Shown: positions 39,954-54,500 of the stretch, piece after piece | Layout of the letters: each line of letters begins with the position of its first letter | Position numbering within the stretch: position 1 is the first letter of the stretch | Notes under the pieces: generated by a model | Databases searched by the model: none | The model's input: the letters and a program-made list of their open reading frames with translations, nothing else | Told to the model about the DNA's origin: nothing | Assembly (NCBI RefSeq): GCF_009914755.1 | Contig: NC_060925.1 | DNA length: 64,000 nt | Direction: 5' to 3' (one strand) | Source: the human T2T-CHM13v2.0 reference genome, Homo sapiens | Translations under genes and position numbers: made by a program

Positions 39954-42269
39954 TGATGTGGTTTTGCTGTGTTCCCAGCCAAAACTCATCTTGAATTGTA
40001 ACTCCCACAATTCCCATGTGTTGTGGAAAGAACCCAGTGGGAGGTGATTGAATTATGAGGGTGGATCTTTCCTTCATTGTTCCTGTGATAGTGAATGAGT
40101 CTCATGAGATCTGATGGTTTTAAAACTGGAGTTTCCCTGAACACATGCTCTCTTTGCCTGCCCGCCATCAGTGTAAGATGTGACTTGCTCCTCCTTGCCT
40201 TCTGCCATGATTCTGAGGCCTCCCCAGCCACATGGAACTGTGAGACCAATTAAATCTCTTTATTTTGTAAATTTCCCAGTCTCTATGTCTTTATCAGCAG
40301 TATGTCTTTATCAGTAGTGTGAAAACAGACTAATACAGTAATTGGTACCAGTAGAGTTGCTGAAAAGATACCTGAAAATGTGGAAGTGACTTTGCAACTG
40401 GGTAACAGGTGGAGAGGTTGGAACAGTTTGGAGGGCTCTGAAGAAGACAGAAAATGTGGAATAGTGTGGAACTTCCTAGAGACTTGTTAAATGGCTTTGA
40501 GAAAAACACTGATAGTGATATGAACGATAAAGTCCAGGCTGAGGTGGTCTCAGATGGAGATGAGGAACTTTTTGGGAACTGGAGCAAATGTGACTCTTGT
40601 TATGTTTTAGCAAAGAGACTGGCTACATTTTTCCCCTGCCCTAGAGATTTGTGGAACTTTGAACTTGAGGAGGATGATTTAGGGTATCTGGTGGAAGAAA
40701 TTTCTAAGCAGCAAAGCATTCAAGATGTGACTTGGGTGCTGTTAAAGGCATTCAGTTTTGTAAGGGAAGCAGAGCATAAAAGTTCAGAAAAGTTGCAGCC
40801 TGACAATACAGTAGAAAAGAAAATCCCATTTTCTGAGGAGAAATTCAAGTTGGCTGCAGAAATTTGTATAAGTAGTGAGGAGTGAATGTTAATCCCCAAC
40901 ATGATGGGGAAAATGTCTCCAAAGCATCTCAGAGGTCTTCACAGCAGCCCCTCTCATCACAGGCCTGGAGGCCTAGGAGGAAAACATGGTTTCCTGGGTT
41001 GGGCCTAAGGTCCCTGTGCTGTGTGCAACCTAGGGACTTGGTGCCCTGTGTCTCAGCTGCTCCAGTTGTGGCTTAAAAGGGCTAACATAGAGCTCAGGCT
41101 GTGGTTTCAGAGGGTACAAGCTCCAAGCCTTAGCAGCTTCCACATGGTGTTGAGTCTGGGAGTGCACAGAGGTCAAGAATTGGGGTTTGTGAACCTCTGC
41201 CTAGATTTCAGAAGATGTATGGAAACACCTGGATGCCCAGGCAGAAGTTTGCTGCAGGGGTGGGGCATTCATGGACAACCTTCTGCAGTGCAGAAGGGAA
41301 ACGTGGGGTCAGAGCACCCACACAGTGTCCCTACTGGGACACTGCCTAGTGGAGCTGTAAGAAGATGACCACCATCCTCCACACCCCAGAAAAATAACTC
41401 CACTGACAGCCTGCACCATGCACCTGGAAAAGCCTCAGACACTCAACACCAGCCCATGAAAGCAGCTGGGAGGGAGGCTGTACCCTGCAGATCCACAGGG
41501 GCAAAGCTGCCCAAGTCTATGGGAACCCACCCCTTGCATCACAGAGACCTGAATGTGAGACATGGAGTCAAAGGATATCACTTTGGAGCTTTAAGATTTG
41601 ACTGCCCTGCTGGATTTCGGACTTGTATGGGGCCTGTAACCTCTTTGTTTGGCCAATTTGTTTCATTGGGAGTGGCTGTATCTACCCAACGCCTGTACCC
41701 TCATTGTATCTAGGAAGCAACTAACTTGCTTTTGATTTTACAGCCTCATAGGATCATTATCTCGTTGTCTCAGATGAGACATTGGACTGTGGACTTTTCA
41801 GTTAATGCTGAAATGAGTTAAGACTTTGGGGGACTGTTGGGAAGGCATGATTGGTTTTGAAATGTGAGAACAAGAGATTTGGGAGGGGCCAGGAGTGGAA
41901 TGACATGATTTGACTGTGTCCCCACTCAAATCTCATCTTGAATTGTAACTCTCACAATTGCCACATGTCATGGGAAGAACCTGGTGGGAGTTGATTGAAT
42001 TATGGGGGTGGCTCTTTCCTGTGCTGTTCTCATGATAGTGGATGAATCTCATAGGATCTGATGGGTTTAAAAATAGAAGTTCCCTGTACAAGCTCTCTCT
42101 TTGCCTGCCACCATCGATGTAAGATGTCACTTGCTCCTCCTTGCCTTCCACCATGATTCTGAGGCCTCCGCAGCCATGTGGAACTGTGAGTTCCATTAAG
42201 CCTCTTTCTTTTGTAAATTTCCCAGTCTCAGTTAGGTGTTTATCAGCAGCGTGAAAGCAGACTAATACA
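39954..42269 (+). mobile_element. Complete THE1 MaLR provirus (THE1A-C type): 5' LTR 39954-40337, internal 40338-41900, 3' LTR 41901-42269
   Basis: Both LTRs run tga..tg.ttt..ctgtgt...actaataca. Perfect 5-bp TSD ATGAG at 39949-39953 and 42270-42274. Inserted into a MIR. Confidence 0.96.
40454..40885 (+). pseudogene. Remnant of the THE1 internal (MaLR) ORF, 143 aa open
   Basis: MWNSVELPRDLLNGF...VQAEVVSDGDEELFGNWSK...DLWNFELEEDDLGYLVEEISKQQSIQ is the typical MaLR-int translation. Confidence 0.7.
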
Positions 42270-42379
42270 ATGAGCTATGTATTTTTTCAAAACTTTGAAA
42301 ACTGTAAGGACAATGCAAAATGTGAATTATAATTATGAGAGTAAAGGGAAATGGTGCAGAAGAGTGGTACAGATGTAAC

Positions 42380-42545
42380 AGTATATTAGTATCACCTGGG
42401 GAACTTGAAAAAGTCATGGATGCCTACATTCTACCACAGAATTATTAAATCAGAATCTCTAGGAGTAGGCCTCAAGCATCATTATTTTTAAAAAGCATCC
42501 CAAATCAGTCATATAACTGCAGCCAGTTTTTGAGAACTCCTGCAG
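42380..42545. mobile_element. MER5-like hAT DNA transposon relic
   Basis: tcacctggggaacttg...aatcagaatctctaggagtaggcc...ttttaaaaagcatccc...gccagtttttgagaactcctg. Confidence 0.7.
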
Positions 42546-43259
42546 GAGTGGGAAAAAATGAGCTCTGGCATCAATTGATCTAGGCATAAATTCCATATAG
42601 TAATTTTATAATTTGTATGTTGTAAATTGTGTGATCTTGGGCAAATTACTTTAAAATAGGAATAATAATACTTGACTCATAATGCTGTTGTAAGGATTGA
42701 ATTAAATATGTATAAAAGTGGGATAGTAAGTTCAAGTTAGTTTGGTTTTCCCCATTCTGTTCATATCTAGAAGCCATTGGAAAGACAAAAGGAAAGAAGG
42801 GAGAGGGAGAGAGTTAGCATTTGACATATACATGCATTTCCACAAATTGGCTCCAAATTGCATTTTCTTAATTTGAGGTAAGTTCATATACAAATGTAGC
42901 TTTTGCATTATGAATGCAGATGTTAACAAATGCAATCATCATATAAAGCTATCTTCTCATAAAATTAATAGGTTCCCAGGGGTTGCATAATTCAGATTAA
43001 CTGTAAAACCAAGTGTTTCCTCATTAATCAGTGCCTCAGGGAAGTGCCAAGTGTTTCCTGTCTTAGCAAGTTGTATTAGATTAGAGTCACAAGACATCAG
43101 TTCACTAAATGTGAGGTGCCTATAATGACCAAATGTCACTCACCAAATGGTAGAAAAGTTCAAATATTGGTAACAATATGGTAACAGCTTTTGCTGTTGT
43201 TTCTGTTTTAGCTATGGAAAATCACCTCTACATTGCAAGGCATTTCAGGGTCCAAACTA

Positions 43260-44700
43260 GCATTTTCATCTTCATTCCTTAGTCTGAAATGGGTTGGGTT
43301 ACAGGATGAAGGGCATACACTAGCTTATGCAATATCTTCAGAATATTAGAGATTAGGGGATAATGAGAATTACAAGGACAGTGGCATCAGCTGGTAGCTG
43401 TTAGTGTCATAGGTAACAGAGAAAAAGAATGGACAAGCTCTACTATCAATCAGGACATGATGCGAAAGCCAGAAGCCTTCAAAGAACCATTTGCCATTCA
43501 AAAAGCAGCTTTTGGTATGCTACTGGACTAGTGGAAATTGAGCCTGCTCATGGCACATCAAGTAATTGTGTGACTGGGTTGCTCATCATGAGCTCTTTAC
43601 TGTCAGATCTTCCAAGTCAGTAGTTTGGGCAGGCACATCAGTAACACATCATGAAATGAATGGTACTTTTGCGATCAGGCATGAGCATGTCCGGGGGAGC
43701 AACTAAATTACACAAATTGGCAGCTAAGTCCCACATATTACTTAACTTGTTAAACCAATGTGTCTCCCTCAGTTCACACCTGAGACCTCACAGAGAGTTC
43801 CCATAACCAGCTGTCAGGGGATTAAAAACCCAGGTCTGTTTCAGAGATGGGTGGCTCAATATTTCATGTGAGCTGAAAGCGGACTGCTTGGGCAACACAG
43901 CTCCACCCAGGGTGGCCAGGAAAGAGAGTAGTGAGGGGAAATTCTCACTACTGCGGGCAGAGCTTCAAGAAGTACATCCATCAGGCCATCAGCTTGTGTA
44001 GACAGTGTGAGTGGAGCAGGTTCACTGTTGATTCTCTGACCATATTGTCTCTCCCTTCAGTTCATGCAAGACAGGCTTCCAACAGTCGGCACTTGCATTC
44101 CTTTCATCCTCTGATTAATTATACCCACTTTGTCTGCTTGTGCAATAGGCCGAAAGTGTTGGAAATGAGTACCTCCCAGGGTGTGGAATACATAGAGGCA
44201 AGGTGTCCCCGAGGAGACAATTATTTTATAACAAAGATTGTAGAGAATTCCCAGCGTATCATGACAATAAGCATCTGAATGATTTTTTGGTCAATTTTTC
44301 TGCTCTTTTAAAATCATCTACACAATCCCATTATTGCCAGAACCTGAGGCAGAGATTTCCCAGTGCTCTAATCTGGATGCCACTGCTCTTAGGAGCAGCT
44401 CTCAGCCAATGACTGACCCACCAGGACAGGAGGCGGTGTACTGATACCTCAGCTCCTTCTCCCCTGGAGCAGGATAACTCTGATGCTTGCATCTGTACTG
44501 GCTCCCAGAGTTTCCTCAGTAGGATTGAGCTCCAAGTACACTAAGTGATAACTGACTCAATAATGCACCCATTATTGGCTATTTTCCCTTCCTGTTTCAC
44601 TTTCCCATTCCCCTGTTGGACTTTCCTCCACCATCTAAATAACCTATTTGTATTCAGATCCTTGTCTCAAGATCTGCTTCTATGTGAACCCAATTAAGCC
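43260..44700 (+). mobile_element. Ancient ERVL relic: internal fragments plus LTR16-type LTR (about 44230-44700)
   Basis: LTR16-like motifs ctcagccaatgactg, ggataactctga, ggattgagctcca, ccttgtctcaagatctgcttct...gaaccca; degenerate ERVL internal sequence upstream. Confidence 0.6.
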
Positions 44701-46421
44701 AGGGGTCTATAAGAATAGTAAATGCACATGTCTTTTGCCCCAAGATTTCCACTTCCAGGAATTTATCCTGAAGTCATACTCACAAATGCCCCCAAAGGCA
44801 TGATCTTTGTAACAATAGTAGTAAAACATCATTAAGTCCTTACTATATACTAGGCATTAAAGCTCTTTTTCATGTCATATCTCCCTTAATACTCAGAAAG
44901 CCCTATGCAATTACAATTACATATCCATTTTTACATAAGAGAAAAGTGAGGCATACAGAGGTTGACCAGCTTAAGAGTATAGGAGCTAGTAGTGCAGAGC
45001 TAGGATTCAAAACCTGGAAATCTGCTTTCAAGGCCCATCCACTCACTCTCTGTATAAGCATGCAAATGAGGATGCTTATTTCTGCATTGTTTATTACAGC
45101 TGGAAACAATCCAAATGTCAATAGGAGGATGGTTACATAAATTATGGGATGTCATATAATAAAATATTTAGAGCTACTATAAATAAAGCTTATGTACTAA
45201 TATAGAAAGAAGTCCAAGATATTAAGTGAAAAATGCAAGGTGCAAAACACCAAATTACACAGGCTTCCAATCTTGCAAAGCCCAGAGAGCTATGTGTACG
45301 TGTTTATTTCTGTGCGTGTTAACCATCACAGGTAATAGTTGTTCCCTTAAGAGAAGCCTGTGCTTTAAGCATGAGAGGGAGACATACTTTACACTGAAAG
45401 CCATTTTTTATTGTGTTAATGTAAGTATATATTACTCTTTCAAAAAGCCATATGAAAAATATTGTGTAATCAAGCTATATATGAATTTACATGGAAGGAG
45501 TAATTCATTCTTCCTGGAAGAGTCTCAGAAGGCCCCATAAAAGGACATACTGTGTGAGTAAATGCAGAAGATCTCTCCCAGCAGCAGTATTTTTGAAGCT
45601 CCTCAAGTGTTAGAGTTCACAAGATGTTGGGTAACTGTACAGTTTGTTGTGTGGAGTGGGCAGGAAATGAGGCTAGGAAGGTTGAGATAAGATAATTTGT
45701 AGATACAGTGTCTCCCAACTGAAGTGAAATACCCAGGCCTGTCAATAGTTACTTGAAAAAATATTTTTCTGCAGAGTCTTTATAATATCTTTGAAGGCCA
45801 CGTGTGCCACATGGGATATTACAAGAAAGGAAAAGAAAAATGTTTCAAGAAGGCTTCCTATAAAGAGTATTAGCTTTCTTCACTCTCGCTCACCTCAGAG
45901 GGTTAAGAATCAGAAAGAACTGATTTGAAATGCTTACTTAATCACTTACCCACTATGGGTTCAATGTATTCATCTGTAAAACACATAAGAATACAACCTT
46001 CATAAAATTAATGTAAGGATCAATTGAGATAATTCATGCAAAGCAGTTACTATAATACATTGCTTGGGATTAGCAGGCACTCAGTAATCATTGCATGTTA
46101 CTATTGCTAATAAGTGCTGACAAATAGCAACTGCAACATGATCACAACCTTAATGATATCATAAGGAACTGAAAACAGTGAACGGAAAGTACTTCTCTAG
46201 GAAAATGAAGGTCTACAGTTTTACTCCAAAAGAAAACCCCACACTCAAAATGATCTCATTGGCTTTCTCTGAAGCAAAACCCCAAGTGACACCCAGTTTC
46301 TGCCTAAAGCCACAAGGCTGCCTGACAGTGGTGGAATCTGTCAACCTCAACATATGTGCCATAATCTCTGGTCCACCAATTACACCCAGGTTGGTGAACC
46401 ATGGCTGATGGTGTTTGTGAC

Positions 46422-46595
46422 TTTATTTTTTATTTTATTTTATTTTTCTAGAAATGGAGTCTCACTCTGTCAGTCATCCAGACTGGAGTGCAGTGGCATG
46501 ATGATGGCTCACTGCAGCCTCAAATATCTGGTCTCAAGTGATTCTCTCACCTCAGTCTCCCAAGTGACTGGGATTACAGGTATGAGCCACTGACT
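46422..46595 (-). mobile_element. FRAM/AluJ monomer-type element
   Basis: T-rich tail, ggagtctcactctgt...ggctcactgcagcctca...gggattacaggtatgagccact; single monomer. Confidence 0.8.
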
Positions 46596-46829
46596 GTAGC
46601 TTTGAATGAATACCTTAAAAAATTCAGAATATTAATTTTGCCTAGGGAAACACAATGATCTAAAAACTGTTCAACCTAACTTTATGTTAAAAAATTATCT
46701 CAACCATCCTTTCTGCTGAAGACGCTTGCAAAGAGGCAACATTTACAAAACAGAAGAAACAAATTAAGCGAGCATTGGTTAGAAAAAATGTCAATGAGCC
46801 ACGTTCTGGTTGTAAAATTCTAATTAACC

Positions 46830-47189
<360 letters not shown>

Positions 47190-48734
47190 CTAGATTGAGA
47201 ACCAAAAGTGCTTAATCTGAACAAAGTATCACACTGGTAGACCCGCAGAGAGACAAGCAAACATACTAGATTGGAGACCCTTTTCTTCATACCTCACTGT
47301 CAGACTTTTTTTTGTACTCAGTCATACTAATGCATGAAATGTCTCCCCCCACAGTTACAGTGACATTTTTGTTTTCCAATCCAAAAACTGGAGCACATGT
47401 TTTGATAAGATCAAATATTCTTACGGGAACAACAGAACACATTTTCTTAAAGAAATGTTTTCTCCCCAAGTTTTAGAAATCTGGTAGTACCCAGGTGACA
47501 GTTATAGATAGGTTTTTTGTCTGTTCATACTGATCTTGTCCCTCTAAAAATGGCAAGTATTAACCTTTAAATTAAAAGTACTCAGAAAGTGTGAGTTCTC
47601 TGAAGACAGGGAAAAAAGTGGGAGAAGACAAAAAATGTAGGATGGCAGAAAGTGACGACATTTTTTTAAGAGGAGGGGAACTAGGAAGATAGGAACTTAT
47701 AAAATGAAGGTTTTTAGCCAATTCTATTAAAAGCTTAGACAAGGTTAGATTTCATGAGACTGAAAAACTCAGAGGAAATCGTGTTACAACGTAACTCGAA
47801 ATAAAAATTTTATTTGTTTGTTTTGAACTCCACAATGAACAAAATGCCCCAGATGATAAATGTTTATAATCATTTTTCACTTTCAGCACATTGCCTTCAT
47901 CTTTTATTAAAAATTTCAGGGAGAAAAAGAGATCCACATTTTGTTGCAGACCTGTAAAATTTTTTGTACTTTCGTGATCCCAAATATTCACCATTATGAT
48001 CAAAGAAAAAAATCACTCCCCAGAAAATAGCTGATAATGACATCAAAAATTACTCTCATGTTTCATTGAGATCTAAGCATTTTGTGCTGACTCATAGAAA
48101 TATTGGTGGACCTGCATGGCCATGGATCAAAGAACTCGAAGTTATGGTAACTCGGTGTTCTTAAGTAGATAACATCATTACAAAATGTTACAAAATTATG
48201 TGAAATTTTCCCATCTTCTCAAAGTCTACACAGCTTTGAACTCTGATTGCAGGATCTAGGATACCATTCATTTTCTCCTCAATCTAAAGCCTAACTCTTC
48301 CCATCTTACATATGAAAAGCAAAATAGAGAATGTTTCTGGTCTATGATCTTTGAAAAAAACTGTAACATAATCAACAGCTCATTTATTGAACTGGTTCAA
48401 GTGAAATTTCATATATGTTTATATTTGTTATGGCTCAGTTCAGTGGGATGATAACAGAAGTGATGTGTTCAATGTCCAGTTTATGTTAAATTAAAGAGTT
48501 TGTTTTTCATTGCTTTTCTTTCTTTCCTACTGACTATCATATACACATAACAGAAGGGGTTGGAACCACTATTTTAAATCTCAAAATGAAAGGTACATGT
48601 ACAGAATTTCAGAGCTGCAAGATTGAAAAAGGCCACGTCCTCAACATCATGGAACCAACATATAAGCCCTGTACTACTTACACTCAGTCTGAAACATGCA
48701 AAAACCCTTCTATTTTGTCATGTTTTTGTTTTTA

Positions 48735-50060
48735 TTTTCTAGCCTTTATAGATTTATGTTCCAGCATCTTTGTTAAAGAGATGATCTTTCACCATTGAAT
48801 TGCTTTGGCACTTTTATTGAAAATCAGTTGACCATATAAGTGTGAGACTATTTCTTAATTCCTATTCAGTTTCATTGATCTATATGTCTATCTTTATATC
48901 AGTATTACAATGCTTTTTATTTAACTTTAGCTTTATAATAAATTTTGGAGTCAAGTAGTATAAGTCCTTCAATTTGGCCTCTTTTTCGAAAAATTATCTT
49001 GGCTACTCTAGCTTTTTGACATTTTCTTATGAATTTTATAATCAGCTTATAGAAAATGCCTGCTGGGATTTTGTTTTAAATTGCCTTGAATTATAGATAA
49101 GTTTTGAGAGGATTTCCATCTTAGCAATATTTAATTTTTCATTTTGTGAACACAGTATATGTCTCCACTTATTTAGGCCTCCTTTAAATGTTTCTCAGCA
49201 ATGTTTTGTAGCTTTCAGTGTACCATTTTTTTGTGAATCTTTTACGAAATTTATTCCTATTAATATTTCATATTTTTGATGCTATTATAAATGGTATTGT
49301 CCTCTAAATCTAAATTTTTAGTAGTTCATTGCTAGTATACAGAAATGAAATTGACTTGTAAATTTTAACCATGTATTCTACAGCCTTGCTACGTTGACTG
49401 GTTAGTTCTAGCAGGTTTTTAAAAATTCTTGAGGACTTTTTACATAGATGATGAAGTTGTCTGTGAATAGAAAGTTCGTTTTTAAATGCCTGATCTGTAT
49501 TCCTTTTATTTCTTATTCTTGCCTCATTATCCTGACTGGAATCTCCAGTAAATGCAGACTGAAGGAGACAGCTTTGCCTCATTCTCAGTCTTGAGAAGAA
49601 CACATTCAGCTTTTTACCATTGTGTATGATATTAAGCCACAGAATATTATTCAAGCCTTTTATTAGGAAAAAGAAGTTCCCTTTAATTCCCAGTTTGCCG
49701 AGAGATTTTATCAGGAATAAATATAGATTTTTTTTCGATGTTTTTTCTTCATGTATTCAAAAATTATGTGGTTTTTCTTCTTGAGTCTGTTAATATGATG
49801 AAGTACCTTGATTTTTGAATGTTAAACAACCTTATTTTTCTGGGATAACTCCACTCAGTCATGATTTGTTATGCTTTATATATATTATTGGATTTGGTTA
49901 ACTAATTTAACAAAAATGTTTGTGTCTATCTTCATGAAAGATAATGTTATGTAGTTTGCACTCTTGTAACGTCTTTTTTGAGTTTTGGTATCAGAGTAAT
50001 GCCAGCTTTATAGAAGCCAGCTTTATAGAATGAGTTGGAAAGTATTCTATGGTCTTCAAT
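48735..50060 (-). mobile_element. Old L1M ORF2 fragment
   Basis: Antisense ORF2-like sequence (ccagcatctttgttaaagag...ccattgaattgc; ttgctggga...ttgccttgaattatag); degenerate RT-like translation at 49310-49654. Confidence 0.8.
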
Positions 50061-51716
50061 ATTTTGTTTACTTGACTGCCAGTTTGGCCTTTCTTATAGC
50101 ATATATAAGTATATATAGTATACATATATAGTACATATAATATACATAATATCTGTATTCTAATATTATGTGTGTGTGAGGGAAATGGATGAATGTGGCT
50201 ATAAGGAAACAAGAACAGTACATCTGTTTGGGGATGAATCATGTGAAGGATGAGTTGTGTTTGTTGAATATTCGGAGTTAATGGAAGCCATTGTGCCTCT
50301 GTTACCTATAAACTGCAGTTGATATCTAGTCATGAAATTGCTAGGATTTGATTGAGATAACATGTGTAAATCATTTGGCACATTGCTGGAACAGAGTTGG
50401 ATCTCAGTAAATGGTTGTCATATTTTCTTATAATTATCAACCTCATTCCTGCTATCAATGACATCATCATAACTATTTTCATAATTTCAACCATTTAATA
50501 ATAAAAATATAAGCATTTCAAAAACAAATTTATAGCTGTTTGTCATTAAAAAATTCACATCTCAGACCCCTTACTCTTCTCATAAAACTTGTCACAGGAC
50601 TCCCAAGGCTGGGATTCTACAAAAGAGCAATATGTGATTATATCTCTGATAGGATTTGATGGGCCTCCTGATCCAAATTATCTACTCAACTGAGGTGCAA
50701 TACCTAGAGAATCAATCATCCTCTGCTTCAGCTGAGACTGTTTTTAAGTTTGTTAATATATTGAATAATAGCTTCCCAATCATTAGTTAACTGGGATGAT
50801 TTATATCAAGTAGATGGGACTTGAAGAAAATGAGAGAGGTGGCTCTGAGGAGTAAAGTAAGGTAATGATCACAGGGGGCACAGAAAATGGATGCAATTGA
50901 ATAAATACTGGAATCAAGATTAGGAGACCTGTGTTTAAGGCCTAGTTTAGACATTTATTAGCTGTGTTCAGTCATTCAGTCAAAAATTTATTAAGTGCCA
51001 AGTATATGCCGGGAACCTATGCTAGGTACAAGTCACAAGTGGTAAACAGGACACATACAGTTCCTGGGACTTACTGACCTTGCTTTAACCTCTTTGGGAC
51101 TTCTTTTTATTCTATCATCTCATAAGCTTGGCATGAGGAGCATTTACATAAAAGTACATTGTAATCTGCTTTATTAGAAAAAAATCAAGAACTGCATAGA
51201 TTATTGCCATTGGTATGTGAGCTTCAAACTTAGATTTTTTTAAATTGTCATTTTCTGTTACAATCAATGTCCCCCTCACTAGGCTATGAATTCTGAGGAG
51301 AGTTGTCTTATATATCTCTTTCATGGAATGTGTTAAATTATCTATGCCTATTGAATAAATGAATGAATGAACACATTAATGCATGGAGAGTTTGGAAAGG
51401 AAAGATACTGGCTAAGAATCACAAAGACCTTAAAAAAGATCATGAAAATGAAAATGATGATGATGAAACAACTGAGAAAGAAGAGACGAGGTTGCAAACA
51501 GAGCATACTGGTTAAGGTCACTGAATTTGAAGTCAGATTGTTGTCTGTTTAGATAGTTTGGAGAGCCTGACTGTCTTCTGCCAATTGGATAACAATCTTA
51601 AAGTCACAATAAACTTTACTTGACTGTTGAGGAATTCCCAAATGTGTTAGCAGTCATTAAGTGTCTCAAATATAATTGTCCATTTGGCCAATTTCAACCA
51701 AAATTTAAAGCTATCT

Positions 51717-52885
51717 CAAAACCATTTTCTGAATAGGGTGTCCTTTCCCCACTGCTTGTTTTTCTTGTCAGAGATTAGATGATTGTAGATGTGCAGCTTT
51801 TTTTCTGAGTTTTCTGTTTCATTGGTCTATGTGTCTGTTTCTCAGAATTGGCCTTGGCAAAAAATTTTTGGCTGAATCCCCAGAAGCAATTGCAACGAAA
51901 ACAAAAACTGACAAGTGAGACCTAATTAAACTAAAGTTTCTATGCAGCAAAACAAACTATCAACTGAGTAAACAGACAACTAGAAAATGGGAGAAAATAT
52001 TTGCAAACTGTACATCTAACTAAGGTCTAATATTCAGAATCTATAAGGAACTTAACTCAACAAGCAAAAAACAGATAACCCAATTTAAAAAAATGAGTAA
52101 AGACCATGAACAGAACTTCTCAAAAGAAGACATACAAGCAACGAACAAACATATGAAAAAATGCTTACCACCACTAATCATCAGATAAATGCAAATCAAA
52201 ACCACAATGAGATACAATCTCACACCAGTCAGAATGGCTATTAAAAAGTCAAAAAACAACAGTTGCTCCTGAGACTGCAGAGAAAAGGGGAACAATTATA
52301 CACTGTGAGTGGGAATGTAAGTTAGTTCAACCACCATGGAAATCAGTTGGGAGATTTCTCAAAGAACTTTAAACAGCTACAATTCGACCCAGCAATCCCA
52401 TTACTGGGTACATACTCAAAGGAAAATAAATCATTCTACCAAAAAGACATATGCACTCATATGTTCATCCCCATGCTATTCACAACAGCAAAGACATAGA
52501 ATCAACCTAGGTGCCCATCAGTGGTGGACTGGATTAAGAAAATGTGATACATATATACCATAAGATACGACACAGCCATAAAAAAGAACAAAAATCATTT
52601 CCTTTGCAGCAACTGTTTGCAGCTTGAGGTCACAATCCTAAGAGAATTAACACAGGAACAGAAAACCAAATACTATATGTTCTCACTTGTAAGTGGGGCA
52701 TTGAGTACACACGGACATAAATGTGGGAACAATAGATACTGCAGACAACTGGGCGTGGGGGAGGAGGAGAATGTGGGTTGGAAAACTACCTATTGGGTAC
52801 TATGCTTACTACCTGGTTGCAATATACCCATATAAAAAATCTGCATATATAATCTAAAGTAAAAGTTGAAAATTTTTTTTAAAAA
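51717..52885 (+). mobile_element. 5'-inverted L1 (old L1PA/L1PB): antisense piece 51717-~51843, sense 3' part ~51846-52885
   Basis: Orientation switch within ORF2 3' sequence; flanking TSD aaagcta(t/a)ct. Confidence 0.85.
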
Positions 52886-52917
52886 GCTAACTTAATTTGT
52901 TTGGATATTAATATGAC

Positions 52918-53427
52918 TTTTAAATTCACAATTGACACGTAATTGTATATATTTATGGGATACAATATGATGTTTCAACACATGTATACATGATATAACG
53001 GTCAAATTGTGGTAATTACCTTACCCATCACTATAAACATTTATCATTTCTTTGTGACAACATTTAAAATCTTCTCTCTTCTAGTTATCTTGAAATATAC
53101 ACTACATTGTTATTTGCTAGAGTCACTCTACTGTGTAATAGAACACCAAAACTTATTCTTCCTGTCTAATTGTAACTTTGTACACATTGACCAATCTTTC
53201 CTGGTCCCCCTGCAACCCCCGCTTTCCCCCTCTCTCCTCAGTCTCTGGTTACTAGTATTTCAGATTCTGCTTTCAGAGTCAGCTTTTTTAGATTCCACAT
53301 ACAAGAGATCATGTGCTGTTTGTCTTTTTGTGCCTGTTTAATTTCACTTAATATAATGTCCTTCAGGTTCATCTGTGTTGCTTCAAATGACAGGATTTCA
53401 TTCTGTTTTATGGCTAAATAGTATTTT

Positions 53428-53475
<48 letters not shown>

Positions 53476-54500
53476 ATCAATTCCATAGAATGGCATTTAT
53501 GCTGATTCCATATCTTGGCTATTGTGAATAGCACTGCAATAAACATGAGTGTACATGTCTCTCTGACATACTGATTTCACTTTCTTTGGATATATACCCA
53601 GTAAAGAGATTGCTGGATTATATGATAGATCTATTTTTATTTTTTTTGAGGAACCCCCAAATTGTTTTCCATAATGGCTGTACTAATTTACATTTCCACC
53701 AACCACGTATAAGAGTTCTTTTTTCTCTGCCAGCATTTGTTATTTTTTGCCTTTTTGATAATAGCCATTCTAACTGGAGTGTGGTGACATCTCATTGTAG
53801 TTTCATTTGCAATTTCCTGATAATTAGTAAAGTTGAATATTTTTACATACATCTGTCAGCCATTTGGATTTTCTTCCAATAACTATCTACTTCGTTCTTT
53901 TGCCAATTTTAAAAATGGAATTATTTGAGTTCTTTTGCTATTGAGTTATTTGAGTTCCTTATATAATCTGGATATTAATGCCTTGTCAGGTGTATAGTTT
54001 GCAAGTCAGGTGTATAGTTTGCAAATGCTTCTCCCATAGTAACTAAACAGCTTGGTACTGGCATAAAACCACACATAGACCAATGGAACAGAATAGAGAA
54101 TCCCAAAATAAATCCATGCATTTACAGCCAACTGATTTTCAACAAAGGTACCAACAACACAAGACATACTGGGGAAAGGATAGTCTGTTCAATAAATTGT
54201 TCCGGAAAAACTGAATATCCACATGTGGAACAATGAAACTAGACCTCTATCTCTCCACCATATACAAAAATCAATTCTAGATAGATTAAATACTTAAATG
54301 TAAAATCTGAAGATATGAAACTACTAGAAGAAAACAGGAGAAATGCTTCATGAAATTGGGCAGGGCAATAATTTTTTTGAATAAGATCTAAAAAAGCACA
54401 GGCGAGCAACAAAATAAAAAATACACAAATGAGATTACATCAAACCAAAAAGCTTCTTCACAGTCAAGGAAACAATCAATAAAGTGGAGACTACCTACAA
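52918..54500 (-). mobile_element. 5'-inverted L1MA: antisense 3' part 52918-54037, inverted piece 54038-54500
   Basis: L1MA 3' UTR in antisense. The two pieces are contiguous in L1 coordinates (...acctaca(g/a)a | atgggaga...). Confidence 0.85.
53432..53468 (+). repeat. (TG)18 microsatellite
   Basis: Perfect TG run seen directly. Confidence 0.97.
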
